A stretch of 64,000 nt of DNA from Clostridia bacterium. GTDB taxonomy: Bacteria; Bacillota; Clostridia; JAAYHZ01. How positions within the stretch are numbered: the first letter of the stretch is position 1; each line of letters starts with the position of its first letter. The notes under the pieces are model-generated. The model did no database searches. It was not told where the DNA came from and saw nothing but the letters and a program-made list of their open reading frames with translations. Positions 60,208 through 64,000 of the stretch are shown here, piece by piece. The stretch is from NCBI GenBank assembly GCA_050950825.1, contig JBMNIH010000004.1, positions 288,001 through 352,000 of the forward strand, read 5' to 3'. The position numbers and the translations under genes are program-made.

Positions 60208-61344
60208 ATGGGACATCAAAAATTGAATACGGTTAAAATATGCATTTCCTTTGTTAAAAGGAATGCGGTTATGTTTATTGCCTTTTTAGCGGCACTCGTA
60301 ACAAGCTTCGTTATACCGATCGACGAAGCTTATTTCAATTATTTCGACTACAAAACCTTAACCTGTTTGTTTTGTGTTTTGGCCGTCGTGTGCGCATTGA
60401 AAAACATCAATTTTTTCTATATCTTAGCCCGAAAGATCGTGCACCGATTTAATACGGCAAGAATATGTATTTTGGCCTTGGTGTATATCACCTTTATCGG
60501 CTCCATGCTCATCGCCAACGACATGGCATTGATGACCTTTTTGCCCCTCGGCTATTTCGTTTTGACCACCACCGAAAAGCAAAAATACATGGCTTTTACG
60601 TTCATTATGCAAAATATTGCGGCCAATTTGGGAGGGATGCTGACGCCCTTTGGCAATCCCCAAAATTTGTATCTTTATTCCAAGTTTAACATTCCCAATT
60701 TGGAATTCATGTCCATCATGTTTATACCCTTTATCGCTTCGGTGGCGATCATTACCTTGTGCTGCATCGTCTTTGTCAAGCCGGAGAAGCTGAAGCTGGA
60801 TGATATCAAATTGATATTGGATCCCGTTCGAACCGTCGTATACTTGCTTCTTTTTGCCCTGTCCATCGCCATCGTTTTTCGAGGTATACCCTACGTGGTC
60901 GGTTTGGTTGTCATTCCCTTGGCGCTTCTTGTTCTGGACCGCAAAGCGTTAAAAATGGTGGATTATCCCCTTTTGTTTACCTTTGTTTTCTTCTTTGTTT
61001 TTGCCGGAAATATGAGCCGAATCGATTTTGTCAGAGAATTCTTTTCTTCCTTGTTGGATAAAAATACGCTGTTGTTCAGCATACTTTCCTGCCAGTTCAT
61101 AAGCAACGTTCCTTCGGCCATATTGCTGTCTCAATTCACATCCAACTATGCGGACTTGTTAGTGGGAGTGAATATAGGCGGGGTAGGGACCTTAATATCG
61201 TCGCTTGCAAGCTTAATTACCTTTCGTGAGTATACGAGAATTTATCCCGAAAAAACCCGTTACTATTTGGTTATGTTTTCGACCTTTAATTTCAGCTTTC
61301 TCATACTGCTGACCGCTCTTTCCATGTTCTTGAAAACATTGTAG
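60208..61344 (+). CDS. ArsB/NhaD (citrate transporter-like) permease
   Basis: SMLIANDMAL.TF.P, AANLGGMLTPFGNPQNLYL, QFISNVPSA, GVNIGG.GTLI.SLA. Confidence 0.88.
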   Translation: MGHQKLNTVKICISFVKRNAVMFIAFLAALVTSFVIPIDEAYFNYFDYKTLTCLFCVLAVVCALKNINFFYILARKIVHRFNTARICILALVYITFIGSMLIANDMALMTFLPLGYFVLTTTEKQKYMAFTFIMQNIAANLGGMLTPFGNPQNLYLYSKFNIPNLEFMSIMFIPFIASVAIITLCCIVFVKPEKLKLDDIKLILDPVRTVVYLLLFALSIAIVFRGIPYVVGLVVIPLALLVLDRKALKMVDYPLLFTFVFFFVFAGNMSRIDFVREFFSSLLDKNTLLFSILSCQFISNVPSAILLSQFTSNYADLLVGVNIGGVGTLISSLASLITFREYTRIYPEKTRYYLVMFSTFNFSFLILLTALSMFLKTL

Positions 61345-61436
61345 AAAAGCGTTGAACTCGAAGGTTACGGAAGATATAATGACAGTGTATTCCGGTGAAT
61401 TCGGCAACGAATCCATCATTTGTGAAGGAGTTTAAT

Positions 61437-61922
61437 ATGGTCATTGTTTACGAATCGAAAACCGGCTTTACCAAAAAGTATGCCGAAATGTTAGGAAAAA
61501 AGACGAATTTGAAGGTTTATCACGTCAGCGAGGTCTCTCGGATCGACCAAGCGGAAGAAATTCTTTTTCTCGGGTGGGTCAAGGTAGGGAAAATACAGGG
61601 GCTTAATAAAGTGAGAAAACGGAATCTCGTCGCCGTCTGCGGGTCCGGTACCGGAGAAACCGCCGAGCCTAACCCGGAAACGATGATTGCACGGAACCGG
61701 ATCAACGGGTTGCCCTTTTTTTATCTTCGGGGAGGATGTCTTCCGTTAAAAGAAATCAAAGGATTTGACGGGTTCATGCTGTCCATGTTCGTTAAAATGC
61801 TGAAAAATCGCAAGAAACAAGACGGAAAAACCAAAGAATCCATTGAAATCATAGAGAACGGCTTTGACGGTGTCAAAGAGGAAAATCTCGAACCCGTTCT
61901 TCATTGGCTGAAGGAAAGGTAG
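61437..61922 (+). CDS. Flavodoxin-domain protein
   Basis: IVYESKTGFTKKYAE FMN loop, FFYLRGG; AAGGAG RBS. Confidence 0.8.
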   Translation: MVIVYESKTGFTKKYAEMLGKKTNLKVYHVSEVSRIDQAEEILFLGWVKVGKIQGLNKVRKRNLVAVCGSGTGETAEPNPETMIARNRINGLPFFYLRGGCLPLKEIKGFDGFMLSMFVKMLKNRKKQDGKTKESIEIIENGFDGVKEENLEPVLHWLKER

Positions 61923-61931
61923 TTCGGGCCG

Positions 61932-62165
61932 TTACATTCCGGCACCGTCAACGATACGACGGGTTTTTGCCGTCTGCTCGATGATTTCTTCTTTTATATC
62001 CTTCCATCCCGGACCGGGCGTTACGAGAGGAATGTCCGCGTTCGTTTTAATGTTGTCTTGTCCGTACTTGTCGGCGATGATCTTCGGGCTGCAAAATCCG
62101 ATAGAGGATAGGGAATTTAAAATAGTCGATAGTATGGAAATATCATAACTTGATTTCTTGAACAT
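61932..62165 (-). CDS. Small hypothetical protein
   Basis: 77 aa ORF with no clear RBS or motif; may be a gene remnant. Confidence 0.3.
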   Translation of the reverse strand: MFKKSSYDISILSTILNSLSSIGFCSPKIIADKYGQDNIKTNADIPLVTPGPGWKDIKEEIIEQTAKTRRIVDGAGM

Positions 62166-62236
62166 AGCAAAAAAGTATTTTTTACTTTATTAAAGCTTTT
62201 CGTAACAAATGCTACCGATTCTTTCTCGTTACTGTA

Positions 62237-62357
62237 TTTACATATTCTACAATTCGGTATATAATTACTTCGGAGTTTACGTTAACGTTAACGGAGTAAT
62301 CCGTCTCATTATTCTATTCCGTATACAGTCTCATACGTCGTTTCGTTAACGTTAACG
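62237..62357 (+). promoter_or_regulatory. sigma-A promoter and two identical LacI-type palindromic operators
   Basis: TTTACA-17-TATAAT (62237-62265); CGTTAACGTTAACG at 62280-62293 and 62344-62357. Confidence 0.75.
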
Positions 62358-62388
62358 GATAAGCCTACTTGTATGGGAGGTTATCGCT

Positions 62389-63528
62389 ATGATAAAAGTC
62401 GGTATTGCAGGTGCCAGAGGGTTAAGCACCATCAAAGGCTTTCAAGCCAATCCGAATGTGGAGGTTACGGCTCTTTGTGATTTGGACGAGGATTTTGCCA
62501 AGAAGAGGGCTGCGGATCTCAATATTCCCAAACACTATCGAGTATTTGAAGATATGTTGGAAAGCGACATTGATGCGGTCGTTATTGCGACTCCCATGCA
62601 GTGTCACGTGCCCCAAGCTTTGGCGGCGCTGGAGGCGGGAAAGCATGTGTTAAGCGAAGTTACCGCCGGGGTAACCATGGATGAGCTTTTTTGGCTGTGT
62701 GAAAAGGTGGAGGAAACCCAAAAAGTCTATATGATGGCGGAAAACTACATCTATATGCAGGAGATTCAGGTTGTAAAAGGCATGGTGGAGGCCGGCGTTT
62801 TCGGCGAAGTATATTTCGGGGAAGGGGAGTACATTCACGACATTAAAAACATGGTTACATACAGCTATGGGCGGTTTACGAGCGGAAAAACGTCCTGGAG
62901 AAAATATTGGCAATTCGGACGGAGAGGCTCCTTTTATCCCACCCACAGTTTAGGCCCCGTTATGAAGTGGCTCCATGGAGATCGGATCAAAACCGTTCGT
63001 ACGGTAGGTACGGGACAGTGGACCGCTCCTCATTTGCGCAACGACGACTTGGCTTTGACCTTGTGTACTACCGAAAAGGGTAAGCTGATTAAAATCCGGG
63101 TGGATTGTGTATCCAATCGACCTCACTGCGCCACCTATTATTCTTGCCAAGGAACGAAAGGATGCTACGAAGCGGCAAGAGGGTTGGGGGACCAAGCCAA
63201 GGTTTGGTTTGAAGGAATCGACGACAAACAAGAAAAGACATGGTACCCGCTGAAGGATTTCTATGATCAATATTTGCCGGAAAGATACAAAAAGGCCTCG
63301 GAGGATCAAAAGAAATCGGGACACGGCGGAGGTGACTTTTTCATCGTGGAGGATTTTGTCAACGCCATCCTCTACGGCAACCCGCCCGGAGTGGACGTGT
63401 ATGAGGCTTGCGAATGGACGGCGGTGGCTTTCTTGTCGGAGCTATCCGTTATGAACGGCGGGCGTGAGATGGAAATGCCGAAATTCCGAAAGAACATGCC
63501 TTGGGAAGAAAAGATTATCAAAATTTAA
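62389..63528 (+). CDS. Gfo/Idh/MocA oxidoreductase (GH109-like)
   Basis: IATP...H, GKHVLSEV, YMMAENY, EGEYIH, YPTHSLGP, GHGGGD. Confidence 0.88.
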   Translation: MIKVGIAGARGLSTIKGFQANPNVEVTALCDLDEDFAKKRAADLNIPKHYRVFEDMLESDIDAVVIATPMQCHVPQALAALEAGKHVLSEVTAGVTMDELFWLCEKVEETQKVYMMAENYIYMQEIQVVKGMVEAGVFGEVYFGEGEYIHDIKNMVTYSYGRFTSGKTSWRKYWQFGRRGSFYPTHSLGPVMKWLHGDRIKTVRTVGTGQWTAPHLRNDDLALTLCTTEKGKLIKIRVDCVSNRPHCATYYSCQGTKGCYEAARGLGDQAKVWFEGIDDKQEKTWYPLKDFYDQYLPERYKKASEDQKKSGHGGGDFFIVEDFVNAILYGNPPGVDVYEACEWTAVAFLSELSVMNGGREMEMPKFRKNMPWEEKIIKI

Positions 63529-63549
63529 TCGGAACCGGAGGAAAAGGAT

Positions 63550-64000
63550 ATGACATTCCAATTGAACGCGACGGATGAACGGTTTTACAATACTTACATA
63601 AAGGATTTTATACCGGATAAAATCATCGATGTGCATACCCATGTTTGGCTTACGGAGTTTAAGCGTAAGAAGGAAATTCAACCGCGCCGCACCGTCACTT
63701 GGCCTTCCATGGTCGCCAAAGATAATTCCATCGAAGATCATATGAATTCCTATCGCATCATGTTTCCCGAAAAAAAGGTGATTCCCGTTATTTTCTCCAA
63801 TCTTTCGCCGGGAGACGATTTGGATGCCGGCAACGGATACATCCGTAGCTGTGCGGAGCAATATAAATTGCCGAGCCTGATGTACGCAACCCCCGAAATG
63901 AAAGGGGAGGTATTGGAAAGAGCGGTAAACGAGGGCGGTTTTCTCGGTATCAAGGTCTATCTGGATTTTTCATCTCCTCAAATACCGAAAAATGAAATTT
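63550..64000 (+). CDS. Amidohydrolase family protein (partial, runs off the window)
   Basis: MTFQLNATDERFYNTYIKDFIPDKIIDVHTHVW... with the D.HTH motif and later GFLGIKVY; absent from the ORF track because it has no stop in the window. Confidence 0.8.
   Translation, partial: MTFQLNATDERFYNTYIKDFIPDKIIDVHTHVWLTEFKRKKEIQPRRTVTWPSMVAKDNSIEDHMNSYRIMFPEKKVIPVIFSNLSPGDDLDAGNGYIRSCAEQYKLPSLMYATPEMKGEVLERAVNEGGFLGIKVYLDFSSPQIPKNEI

Overview
Chromosomal window from a spore-forming Clostridia-class Firmicute. The host backbone carries rqcH, whiA, spoIIAA-spoIIAB-sigF, spoVAC-D-E, thyA, tRNA-Arg(CCT), a gnd-SDR-LarA-like hexuronate operon, a DUF2089/YvlB/YvlD-like envelope-stress operon, trpS, and many amino-sugar and uronate catabolic genes (GH20 x2, GH3, GH43, NagB-like, Gfo/Idh/MocA, TIM-barrel isomerases, amidohydrolases, UroD-like). 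A decayed ~14 kb mosaic island (~10259-24270) appears to separate a host sigma-A promoter from its gene. It holds an addA fragment, an AraC regulator, a lipoprotein, a frameshifted ~3100 aa FnIII/Ig/beta-meander surface protein, a headless T-box and a truncated large serine recombinase. Most notable: (1) decaying genes show a repeated CTGG/CCAG->CCGG substitution signature, suggesting a methylation-linked repair mutator; (2) a ~250 nt structured ncRNA (Clostridiales-1-like core inside a 6S-like rod) with its own sigma-G-type promoter and terminator; (3) the giant surface-protein module. All calls come from reading the sequence and recalled family motifs; no database searches were run.
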